Shown: one piece after another, positions 16,690-25,019 of the stretch
Layout of the letters: the number at the start of each line of letters is the position of its first letter
Numbering within the stretch: the first letter of the stretch is position 1
NCBI GenBank assembly: GCA_011049545.1
Contig: DRHQ01000161.1
Span: 17,032-81,031, forward strand
DNA: 64,000 nt
Direction: 5' to 3'
Origin: Candidatus Aminicenantes bacterium
GTDB taxonomy: Bacteria > Acidobacteriota > Aminicenantia > Aminicenantales > Aminicenantaceae
Made by a program: the position numbers and the translations under genes
Notes under the pieces: model-generated
The model's database searches: none
Told to the model about the DNA's origin: nothing
What the model saw: the letters and a program-made list of their open reading frames with translations, nothing else

Positions 16690-19224
16690 TTACAGCTCAC
16701 CAAGAGAAGAAGGACCATAGTGGATTGAATTGAAAAGTAACTTAAAGGTGCTGTGGGACTGGCCTCTATACAGAGCAGAAAAGCCTATAATGATAATCTT
16801 CCCGTCACCCAAAGGCACATCAACAAGGGCACTTTTGTTGTAAAAATAGTCTTCTCCATTAATCCAGCCGCTTAACAAGGGATTATGAGGAGGATAGGCG
16901 ACAATACTCTTTCCCTCCTTGGCAGCAAGAACAGGGCTTCTCCTGAAAAAAACAGCTCCTTCCCTTTCATAGCCGTAGGCAATCGGATGGGTCGTGTCGA
17001 TTAAAACCTTAAGCAGGGAGCCCGGCACAAAGAAGCTCTTCCTGTCCGCTTTCTCCACACTGTTCTCTATGGTGAGGGAAAATTGTTTCAAAGGAAAATC
17101 GGCAGCTGAGTTCAGCGTGATTAAAGTGCCTCCTTTTTGAACAAATTCTTTTATATTTTTTACTCCTATTTCACCTATGCCGCCAGAATATTCAGGAGGG
17201 ATGGATTCTTTAGGCGCACCGTTTATTATTGTGTTCGTCTTCAAATCCGGAAAAATGATGACATCAAAATTCTTATTGAGGTTTCCTTTTCTTATTTCTT
17301 TGTCGTGGATGCTCTTGTAGGGAAATTCATACTGCTCAAGAACCCATCTTGTCCATCCCTCATCCATCGAGGCATCCCAGCTCTTGTAAAGGCCGAGCCT
17401 GACAGAGTTTAGGGCGTATGCTTTTATCTCAGGTCTTGCCAATAATCCTTCGAAGTGAACATCCAGATCATTGACAATGGACTTCATGTCCTCAGCCAGA
17501 CCTTTTTTATTCCGGACGATCATCGTCCCCGAAGGATAGGTCTTTCCTTTCGCCGGAAAATCCTCCGAAGACCAGAAGGCGCTGTATCCTTTTTTCACCA
17601 GCCTGTTTAAAGCAACAATATCATCATTCGTTGCATGTCCCCAGGCGTATCCAAAGGCATTATCCACTGTTTCAATTTTGCCTTTTGGCCTGGAGAGTTT
17701 ATCAACCTGAACTGATTTAGCCTTAAAAGGATCTTTTATTTGAATGGCCTCGACACCCATTAGAAGAGGCAAAGTGTGAGCAACCACATCATAAGGACTT
17801 TTAAGCGGAGCACCTGGATATTCTCTTATTTCCGGATACACCTGATTTTCAAGCAGGGTTTTTGCGTATCCCCCATAGGGCTGGGCTAGAAAAACAATGT
17901 ATGTTCCTTCAGGATATTCATGGCCGTCAGCCATAATGGATTCGCTGGCTCTGTGAATTTCAACTCCTCCCATCTGCAAAACAGTCATCATCTTTATTGT
18001 CGTTGACAGGTCTTTCTGTTTGGCTGGAATGATGTAAGCGAAGGGGGGTTCTGTCCGGTTAACAGCTTTTTTATGTATTCGGTAGAAATTTCGGAGCCAG
18101 TTTTCTCTAAGTCTTGCTGCATTGGTTAAAGCAGCCTTGGCAGCAGAATAATTATAATCCACAAGGTCTCTCAGTGCCCATCTTCCCCCTTTCCAGGGCA
18201 TGGGCATTTTAACCGATGGCTCTTTTGCGTAGGCGGCAAGGTCCTCAAATTTAACCGTAACAGGAGTGGCCAGCTTAATGCTGGCTACCTCGGTTAGTAT
18301 CCTTATTCCTCCATGATAATGATGGTAAGCTCTGGCCGGTGTCCAGGCATCATACATGTTGCTGTGGATGACACCTGCTTTTCCTTCTGCTGTCATTTCA
18401 GAGGCGATGAAAGTCCCCATCATGGCCACTTGCTGCCTGAGTATCGGGTCGATGTTGGGCTCATAGGGATCAACGAAAGGAGGCACAAATATTCTTGCTC
18501 CCTTTCCTCCCATCTGATGCATATCCAGGATGACCTGGGGATGCCAGGCGTTGTGGACCTTAATCGTCAGGCGGGATTCGACCTGGGTAAACATATACCA
18601 GTCTCTGTTGTTATCGTGGCCTACATACTTATGATAAAGCCAGGGCATGCGCGATCCTTCATACTTTGTTCCAAGATTCTTTTTATACCAATCAACAACC
18701 ATTTGGGTCCCGTCCGGATTGTGCATGGGCACAAGAAGCAAAATCACGTTATCCAGAATTTCTTTTGTCTTTTTGTCATTTTTTGCGGCGAGGTCATAGG
18801 CAAGCTCCATGGACATCATGAACGCCCCGATCTTGGTGGCATGGAGGGAACAATTGATCATCACTACGGCTTTGCCCTGAGAGATGATTCCTTCCGCTTC
18901 TTTGTCTGTGATTTTCCGGGGGTCGGCAAGCAGCTGCTGATACTTGCGGTATTTTTCCAGGTTTTTATGGTTTTCTGCTGAGGTTATGAAGGCTACTATG
19001 AATGGATTTCCCATAGTGGTTTTACCGACTTCTTTTACAACTATTCTCTCGCTCGCCTTATCAAGTTTGGCGAAATAATCAAGAATCTGATGCATATCCG
19101 CAACTTTCCTGTCCGTTCCTATCTTAAATCCAAGAACTTCTTCAGGTTTAGGAATTTTTGCGAAAACTGCCTGACTTATAAAAAGAAATGACAGCCCTAT
19201 ACAGAATATTTTTGCCCTTCTCAT
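16690..19224 (-). CDS. M14-family metallocarboxypeptidase-like protein (long form)
   Basis: 844 aa. Signal peptide. M14 landmarks are HNPDG, GHDNNRDW and DMHQMG. The first zinc motif reads HATK instead of HxxE. Confidence 0.75.
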   Translation of the reverse strand: MRRAKIFCIGLSFLFISQAVFAKIPKPEEVLGFKIGTDRKVADMHQILDYFAKLDKASERIVVKEVGKTTMGNPFIVAFITSAENHKNLEKYRKYQQLLADPRKITDKEAEGIISQGKAVVMINCSLHATKIGAFMMSMELAYDLAAKNDKKTKEILDNVILLLVPMHNPDGTQMVVDWYKKNLGTKYEGSRMPWLYHKYVGHDNNRDWYMFTQVESRLTIKVHNAWHPQVILDMHQMGGKGARIFVPPFVDPYEPNIDPILRQQVAMMGTFIASEMTAEGKAGVIHSNMYDAWTPARAYHHYHGGIRILTEVASIKLATPVTVKFEDLAAYAKEPSVKMPMPWKGGRWALRDLVDYNYSAAKAALTNAARLRENWLRNFYRIHKKAVNRTEPPFAYIIPAKQKDLSTTIKMMTVLQMGGVEIHRASESIMADGHEYPEGTYIVFLAQPYGGYAKTLLENQVYPEIREYPGAPLKSPYDVVAHTLPLLMGVEAIQIKDPFKAKSVQVDKLSRPKGKIETVDNAFGYAWGHATNDDIVALNRLVKKGYSAFWSSEDFPAKGKTYPSGTMIVRNKKGLAEDMKSIVNDLDVHFEGLLARPEIKAYALNSVRLGLYKSWDASMDEGWTRWVLEQYEFPYKSIHDKEIRKGNLNKNFDVIIFPDLKTNTIINGAPKESIPPEYSGGIGEIGVKNIKEFVQKGGTLITLNSAADFPLKQFSLTIENSVEKADRKSFFVPGSLLKVLIDTTHPIAYGYEREGAVFFRRSPVLAAKEGKSIVAYPPHNPLLSGWINGEDYFYNKSALVDVPLGDGKIIIIGFSALYRGQSHSTFKLLFNSIHYGPSSLGEL

Positions 19225-19317
19225 ATTTTCCTCCTTCCGTATTTATTTATAGTCTATTGAAACTGGGAGTAAGTCTTGACTCTTGACATTCAGTCACGAT
19301 GGAAAGCTTATAACACA

Positions 19318-19465
19318 GGATTTGATAAATCAAACCTCTACACAAGAAAAACCAAACGCTTACATAAGAAAAATTAAAACCGTTCAGTTTATTTACATAA
19401 TCGAAAAGGTGGGCTTGATAAATCAAGCCCTTACAGAAGAAGAATCAAAATCCTACAGAACAATC
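19318..19465 (-). repeat. GTAG-hairpin (REP-like) element, one full and one degenerate copy
   Basis: Hairpin GGGCTTGA-TAAA-TCAAGCCC (19411-19430) followed by TTAC, preceded by the conserved AAAACCGTTCAGTTTATTTACATAATCGAAAAGGT. Same family as the arrays at 33.5 and 42.5 kb. Confidence 0.8.
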
Positions 19466-19475
19466 AAACATCTTG

Positions 19476-19497
19476 GGGGTCAGGTCTTGTTTTTTGC
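19476..19497 (+). repeat. solo copy of the 22-bp GGGGTCAGGTCTTGTTTTTTGC end sequence
   Basis: Exact match to the inverted ends that bracket the RAYT gene at 60.8-61.8 kb. No inverted partner is nearby. Confidence 0.8.
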
Positions 19498-19503
19498 TTA
19501 TTT

Positions 19504-20355
19504 TTAAAAAATGTAAGATAAACCCCAGGCAAGATGATGGGCAGGAAATCTCATCTGAATTGTGCCTTCTTCTCCATTATCAAAGCGCATCCCCCTCAAA
19601 TAGGACTGCGTGTATTTATACTCAAAATACATGCCGAAATGTTTTGAAAATTGAAAGCGCGCTCCCAAATTTGCTCCGAAATTGAAATTTGAAAAATCCG
19701 CTTGATAGGAAAAGGCCTTAGATTCCGCACTCCCGACCAATCTCAGCTGAGGATGAGGGATGCACGTTCCAGCACTGACTGCGAAATAGGGTTGCAGTTT
19801 TCCTGCAAGAATTTTTTCTGTCGGGAACAGCATAATCCTGTAAACCAAGGATAAACTCAGATGATTGACACCATGTGATACATTAAAAGAACTGATATAC
19901 TCATGAGCAGACTTCCATTCGTCCACTGGTCCATTTTCATCCACTCCCGTTGTATAAACCTGCTGATCTTCATCCGGTATAAAAACCTTTAAATGAACAA
20001 ACTCAAACCCTATTCCAAAATTCGGCTTCTTTTTAAAGAAGTGATAGAACCGAATCCCATAATACGGTTCGGTAAACGCACCGATGGCATCTCCGATCTT
20101 CCCCTGTAAAAGTGGAGACAAGAATGCATTGGGCAGGATTGAATCATCAGGATAGAATGAGTAACCTTTCATATACACATCGTGAAAAGTCAGATCAAAG
20201 TATCCGGGATAGTTTATCCTGATCCAGGCTCGAGTGGGAAAGGACATTCCTCGGTTGTATTCAACATAATTCAATGTCATCTTATGAACGTCTTTTTTGA
20301 CGGGCGATGGGAATAAAATGATGAATGTGCTGAGGAATGATAAAAGAATGTTCAT
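19504..20355 (-). CDS. outer-membrane beta-barrel protein (family uncertain)
   Basis: 283 aa. Signal peptide. Alternating beta-strand pattern. C-terminal ..WGLSYIF is typical of OMP termini. Confidence 0.6.
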   Translation of the reverse strand: MNILLSFLSTFIILFPSPVKKDVHKMTLNYVEYNRGMSFPTRAWIRINYPGYFDLTFHDVYMKGYSFYPDDSILPNAFLSPLLQGKIGDAIGAFTEPYYGIRFYHFFKKKPNFGIGFEFVHLKVFIPDEDQQVYTTGVDENGPVDEWKSAHEYISSFNVSHGVNHLSLSLVYRIMLFPTEKILAGKLQPYFAVSAGTCIPHPQLRLVGSAESKAFSYQADFSNFNFGANLGARFQFSKHFGMYFEYKYTQSYLRGMRFDNGEEGTIQMRFPAHHLAWGLSYIF

Positions 20356-20451
20356 CTATACCCTTAAAAGGAGTATCTCGTTTATAATCTAAATCAGGAA
20401 AATTGTAAATATCTTTTATTAAAAATAAGGTGATTCTTTCTAATAATCGTG

Positions 20452-20545
20452 GATTTATCATTGACAGGGTATATTTCTTCTATCTATTATTATCTAAAGA
20501 GAATGTCAGGAGGTGGAAATTGAATAAAAATGAGCCGAAATCAAT
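20452..20545 (+). repeat. 94-bp direct repeat copy 1 (promoter + RBS + first codons)
   Basis: 83/94 identical, without indels, to 23012-23105. It contains TTGACA (20461-20466), an 18-nt spacer, TATTAT (20485-20490), AGGAGG, and TTG AAT AAA AAT GA. Confidence 0.9.
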
Positions 20546-22253
20546 GCAGTCCCAAAAACCAATTTCCTATGTTTTTACCAGAACCAGAAGGTCAAGTTGT
20601 GGTGGATCGACGTCGGCTACCGCTCCGTCTCGACGCTCATTATCAAGATTATCCTGGGTATCTGGCCGTAGGGCAGGCCGGGGGCGTTCCGGCTTCGTTG
20701 CCGGAGCGCTGGTAGCGCTCCTGGCGATCACCGGCTGCTCGGGCAGACCATCATACGATCTGATCATCCGTGGTGGCCGGGTGCTGGACGGCAGCGGCAA
20801 TCCCTGGTATTACGCCGATATCGGCGTGCGGGGTGACCGTATCGCGGCTGTGGGCGATCTCTCCACGGCACGAGCCGCCCGGATCGTCGACGCCGGCGGG
20901 CTCTACGTGGCACCAGGATTCGTAGACGTGCACACCCACGTCGGTTCGGGTCTCGACACGCCCGACCGGAGTGCCGGGCAACCCCTGCTGGCCCAGGGCA
21001 TCACCACGGTCCTTGTGAACCCGGATGGCGGCGGCCCGGTTGATCTGGCGCAGCAGCGCCGGGACCTGCTGGAGGACGGCCTCGGGGTCAATGTCGGGAT
21101 GCAGATCGGGCACAACGTGATCCGATCGCGGGTGATCGGCAGCGAGGACCGCGATCCGACTCCCGCCGAACTGGATTCGATGAAACTGCTGGTGCGCGCC
21201 GGGATGGAAGAGGGGGCGTTCGGCCTTTCCAGCGCGCCATTCTACTCGCCCGGCAGCTTCTCCAAGACGGAAGAGATCGTGGCGCTGGCCGCGGTAGCCG
21301 CTGAGTTCGGTGGCACGCACCAGAGTCACGTGCGCGACGAATCCGACTATACGATCGGGCTCCTCGATGCGGTGGAAGAGGTGATCACAGTATCAAGGGA
21401 AACAGGCGTGCGCGGCATCGTCACCCACATCAAGGCGCTCGGCCCACATGTGTGGGGCTATTCGGAGGCTGTGGTGGAACGCATCAAGGCCGCCCGGGCC
21501 GAGGGACTCGAGATCTTCGCCGACCAGTACCCTTACGAGGCCTCCAGTACCGGCCTATCGGCGGCGCTTCTGCCTCGCTGGGCGCAGGCTGGCGGTCCGC
21601 GGGCACTGCGGGCCCGGCTCGACGACCCGGAGATCATGGCGCGCATCCGGAGTGCAATGGTAAAGAACCTGGACCGCCGGGGCGGGGCCGGCCGGATTCA
21701 GTTCCGCCGGTTCGAGCCCGACTCGACCATTGAGGGCAGAACTTTGCAGATGGTTGCCGATGACATGGGTTTGAGGGCGGTGGACGCGGCGGTGGCCCTG
21801 TTCAAGAAAGGCAGCCCCTCAATTGTCTCATTTAATATGAACGAGGACGACATCCGGACGTTCATGCGGCAGACCTGGACCATGACAGCCTCGGACGGAT
21901 CGCTGCCCCGCATGAACGTCGGCGTGCCGCACCCCCGGGCATATGGTACCTTTCCCCGGAAGATCCGGAAGTATGCAGTGGAGGAGGGCGTGATCGACCT
22001 GCCGTTCGCGATCCGCAGCATGACCAGCCTGCCGGTCACCGTATTCCGGATCCCCGACCGCGGATCGATCCGGCCCGGTGCATTTGCCGATCTGGTCGTT
22101 TTCGACCTGAATCGCCTGCGGGATACGGCTATCTATAGCGCCCCGCATCAACTGGCGGAAGGGATGGTGCATGTCCTCGTGAACGGCCGGTTCGCCATCC
22201 GGGATGGTGCGTTCACCGGCGATCTGGCCGGACGCGTTCTTTCCAGAAGGTAG
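20520..22253 (+). CDS. N-acyl-D-amino-acid deacylase (D-aminoacylase) family amidohydrolase, lipoprotein
   Basis: DLIIRGGRVLDGSG..ADIGVRGDRIAAVG..GFVDVHTH are amidohydrolase motifs. Lipobox LAITGC. Start placed at TTG 20520 (or ATG 20544) after the AGGAGG; the longer ORF from 20430 runs through the promoter. Very GC-rich. Confidence 0.8.
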   Translation: MNKNEPKSMQSQKPISYVFTRTRRSSCGGSTSATAPSRRSLSRLSWVSGRRAGRGRSGFVAGALVALLAITGCSGRPSYDLIIRGGRVLDGSGNPWYYADIGVRGDRIAAVGDLSTARAARIVDAGGLYVAPGFVDVHTHVGSGLDTPDRSAGQPLLAQGITTVLVNPDGGGPVDLAQQRRDLLEDGLGVNVGMQIGHNVIRSRVIGSEDRDPTPAELDSMKLLVRAGMEEGAFGLSSAPFYSPGSFSKTEEIVALAAVAAEFGGTHQSHVRDESDYTIGLLDAVEEVITVSRETGVRGIVTHIKALGPHVWGYSEAVVERIKAARAEGLEIFADQYPYEASSTGLSAALLPRWAQAGGPRALRARLDDPEIMARIRSAMVKNLDRRGGAGRIQFRRFEPDSTIEGRTLQMVADDMGLRAVDAAVALFKKGSPSIVSFNMNEDDIRTFMRQTWTMTASDGSLPRMNVGVPHPRAYGTFPRKIRKYAVEEGVIDLPFAIRSMTSLPVTVFRIPDRGSIRPGAFADLVVFDLNRLRDTAIYSAPHQLAEGMVHVLVNGRFAIRDGAFTGDLAGRVLSRR

Positions 22254-22354
22254 CACAGAACAAAACGCTACGCTCGATTGCCGCCAGTAAACTTTGTCGT
22301 TAGGCAGCGGCGGCGCTTGCAGATTTGGGTTTCAGAAAAGACTTGGAGGAGAAC

Positions 22355-22846
22355 ATGGTATTCTCGGCTTCTAGATCGGAAAGAATATCAAGGACGAGCG
22401 TCATAACTTTGAATGCTCCGTTGAAAAGAGTGTTTCCCTTATTCGGTCCTATAAGAGAAAAAGAATGGGCCGCTGGGTGGGAGCCTCAAGTACTTTACCT
22501 GACCACCGACTTTGTGGAAGAGCATATGGTCTTCAAGACGCAGTCCAATCTTGGACATGAACCTGATTTTACGTGGACAGTATCGAAATACCGCCCTGAC
22601 CAAGCGTTCATTGAGTATACAGTTTTCGCGCCGGAAAGGCTGTGGTGGATAACGATCCAATGTCGTGAAGGCATTGGGGAAGAAACAACCAAGGCGGAGA
22701 TTACCTACACGTACACAGGATTAACAAAGAAAGGCAACGCAACCAATGTAAAAGCTCTGGAGACGATGTTTCGTCGAGATCTGAAGGACTGGGAAGAGGC
22801 TATCAATCACTATCTAGAGACGGGAGAGCGACTGGAACCCGGCTAG
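22355..22846 (+). CDS. hypothetical protein, possibly SRPBCC-fold
   Basis: ORF with GGAGGAG SD before ATG 22355. About 163 aa. The fold assignment is only an impression from the sequence pattern. Confidence 0.4.
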   Translation: MVFSASRSERISRTSVITLNAPLKRVFPLFGPIREKEWAAGWEPQVLYLTTDFVEEHMVFKTQSNLGHEPDFTWTVSKYRPDQAFIEYTVFAPERLWWITIQCREGIGEETTKAEITYTYTGLTKKGNATNVKALETMFRRDLKDWEEAINHYLETGERLEPG

Positions 22847-22861
22847 AGACATTTATCGCTT

Positions 22862-22995
22862 GGGGTCAGGTCTTGTTTTTTGCTTTTTGTCACAATATTT
22901 CTTAGCTAATGCTATCAATTTCAGTTCAATGCCCTCTTTTCCCGTCTTATTACTGCATGTCAAAAGTTGAAAAGCAAAAAACAAGACTTGATCCC
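22862..22995 (+). mobile_element. 134-bp MITE/REPIN-like element with 22-bp terminal inverted repeats
   Basis: Left end GGGGTCAGGTCTTGTTTTTTGC, right end GCAAAAAACAAGACTTGATCCC. About 88% identical over its full length to the inverted element at 28238-28371. Confidence 0.8.
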
Positions 22996-23011
22996 ATTTA
23001 CTGCATCCGTA

Positions 23012-23105
23012 GATTTTTCATTGACAGGGTATGTTTCCTCTATCTATTATTATCTACAGAGCAGGTCAGAAGGTAGAAATTGAATAAAAATGAACTGAAC
23101 TCAAT
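23012..23105 (+). repeat. 94-bp direct repeat copy 2 (native promoter/5' end of the 23080 gene)
   Basis: Partner of 20452-20545. TTGACA 23021-23026 and TATTAT 23045-23050. Confidence 0.9.
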
Positions 23106-24252
23106 CACTGGGGGGATAAAATTGCTTTTTGCGGGATGCATGATTCTTCTCTTGCAGAAAACAACCTTGCCACAAACCTTCGAGCTCAAGGGTCTTGTTT
23201 CTGGATGGACAACCGTCAATGCTGCCAGCATCACCGAACCACAGCTTGGCCTGCGTTACATTCCCGAATTTTCAATCGAAAAATCCCTTTCACAAAACTA
23301 TTCCCTTTACTTTGACCTTTCCCTGAATTCCTATGGAACGGCTCATGTACATTCCCTGGATGAGGTCCAAACGGATGGAGATATTAAACTTTACAGGATG
23401 TGGGGCCGATTTTCATCCTCCCAGTTCGAGGCCAGGCTGGGGCTTCAGAAGATAAATTTCGGTTCAGCAACCCTGTTGAGGCCTTTGATGTGGTTTGACC
23501 GCATCGATCCTCGTGACCCCCTGCAGCTTACAGACGGCGTCTACGGCCTTCTGCTGAGGTACTATTTCCTGAATAATGCCAACATCTGGGTCTGGGGGCT
23601 TTACGGCAACGACGACCTGAGAGGATGGGAATTCCTACCTTCTGAAGCTGAATCCGTTGAATTCGGAGGACGTTTCCAGTACCCAATCGGGAAGGGGGAA
23701 TTGGCCTTCACCTATCATCACCGGCAAACCGATCCGAGCCGGGGCCCTTTCGCTCTGGATGTTGCGGGTGATTCCCAGATTCCTGAGAACCGTTATGCGC
23801 TGGACGGCAAATGGGATATTGGAATCGGTTTCTGGTTCGAGGGGATGCTTATTCATCAGCGCAGCGAATGGCTGCCCTTCCCCTGGCAAAGAGCACTTAA
23901 TATTGGCCTTGATTATACGTTCAGCCTGGGGAATGGCTTGAATCTAATCGGGGAGTATTTTATTTTCGAAAGCAGCCAAGACGCCTTCGGATCGGGAGAG
24001 GGCATCAAATTTTCAGCGCTATCCCTGAGTTACCCTCTGAGCCTTCTGGACAACCTGAGCTGCATTTTCTATTATGATTTGGAAAACAGGGATCTCTACA
24101 GCTTCGTGAACTGGAAGCGAACCTATGATCAATGGATTATCAATGTCATCGGCTTCTGGAACCCGGAACACTTTCAGATCTACCAGAACTTACCGGAGAA
24201 TAACCTGTTTGCGGGAAAGGGGATTCAGATCATGGTCATTTTTAACTACTGA
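23080..24252 (+). CDS. putative outer-membrane (porin-like) protein, first gene of the ABC/LolA-like cluster
   Basis: 390 aa with a TTG start. Hydrophobic N-terminus, beta-rich and aromatic-rich sequence, C-terminal aromatic residue (..VIFNY). Confidence 0.5.
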   Translation: MNKNELNSITGGIKLLFAGCMILLLQKTTLPQTFELKGLVSGWTTVNAASITEPQLGLRYIPEFSIEKSLSQNYSLYFDLSLNSYGTAHVHSLDEVQTDGDIKLYRMWGRFSSSQFEARLGLQKINFGSATLLRPLMWFDRIDPRDPLQLTDGVYGLLLRYYFLNNANIWVWGLYGNDDLRGWEFLPSEAESVEFGGRFQYPIGKGELAFTYHHRQTDPSRGPFALDVAGDSQIPENRYALDGKWDIGIGFWFEGMLIHQRSEWLPFPWQRALNIGLDYTFSLGNGLNLIGEYFIFESSQDAFGSGEGIKFSALSLSYPLSLLDNLSCIFYYDLENRDLYSFVNWKRTYDQWIINVIGFWNPEHFQIYQNLPENNLFAGKGIQIMVIFNY

Positions 24253-24299
24253 GGATTTCTGTGATGAAAAATCAGCATATATATTAAAGTGAGGTCAAG

Positions 24300-25019
24300 A
24301 TGGAAAACTCGTTTTTAATTAAAACAAAAGATCTTGTTAAAACCTATCCGGTGGGTCACACAACGCTTTTCGCCCTCAATCGAGTGAGCCTCGGTTTTAA
24401 GCCGGGAGAGTTTGCCGGCCTTGTGGGTCCCAGCGGTTCGGGAAAAACAACATTTCTCAACATCATTGGTTCTCTGGATTCGCCTACGGAAGGGAGTGCG
24501 GTTGTGATGGGAAAGAATGTCGAAGACCTCTCGCATAAACAGGCAGCCGAGCTGCGCAATCGGAGCATCGGGTTTATTTTTCAAACCTTTAACCTGCTTC
24601 CTGTCTATACTGTTTATGAAAACGTCGAGTTTCCTTTGCTTCTCCTTAATCTGCCTCCGAAAGAACGCAAAGAAAAGGTCATGAAAGCTCTGGAGTGGGT
24701 CAGACTGGCGGACAGAGCCAAATCCAAGCCCGCCCAGTTATCCGGAGGAGAAAGCCAGAGGGTGGCCGTGGCCCGGGCTATTGTCAAGAAGCCATCCATC
24801 ATCCTTGCCGATGAGCCCACAGCCAACCTGGATGCGGAGAACTCATTCAACATTCTGGATACGATGGAAGAGCTGAACCACGAGCTGAACACAACTTTTA
24901 TTTTCGCCACTCATGACGAAAAGGTCATCAAGTACCTGCGGCGGAAGATCACTCTGGTTGACGGGAAAGTGACCAAGGATGAGGTCTATGAACAGAAAAA
25001 CAGCAAAGGAGATATCTGA
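24300..25019 (+). CDS. ABC transporter ATP-binding protein (LolD/MacB-like)
   Basis: Walker A GPSGSGKTT, signature LSGGESQRVAVARA, Walker B ILADEPT. Confidence 0.95.
   Translation: MENSFLIKTKDLVKTYPVGHTTLFALNRVSLGFKPGEFAGLVGPSGSGKTTFLNIIGSLDSPTEGSAVVMGKNVEDLSHKQAAELRNRSIGFIFQTFNLLPVYTVYENVEFPLLLLNLPPKERKEKVMKALEWVRLADRAKSKPAQLSGGESQRVAVARAIVKKPSIILADEPTANLDAENSFNILDTMEELNHELNTTFIFATHDEKVIKYLRRKITLVDGKVTKDEVYEQKNSKGDI

Noticed and set aside
19283-19685. Small ORFs 19283-19507 and 19473-19685
   Set aside because: The first is a translation of the hairpin repeat plus the solo 22-mer. The second is antisense to the 3' end of the outer-membrane protein gene.
20430-20519. Longer N-terminus (start at 20430) for the D-aminoacylase ORF
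   Set aside because: The extra 30 codons run straight through the TTGACA/TATTAT promoter and the AGGAGG SD that are duplicated at 23012-23105. A start at TTG 20520 or ATG 20544 is more plausible.
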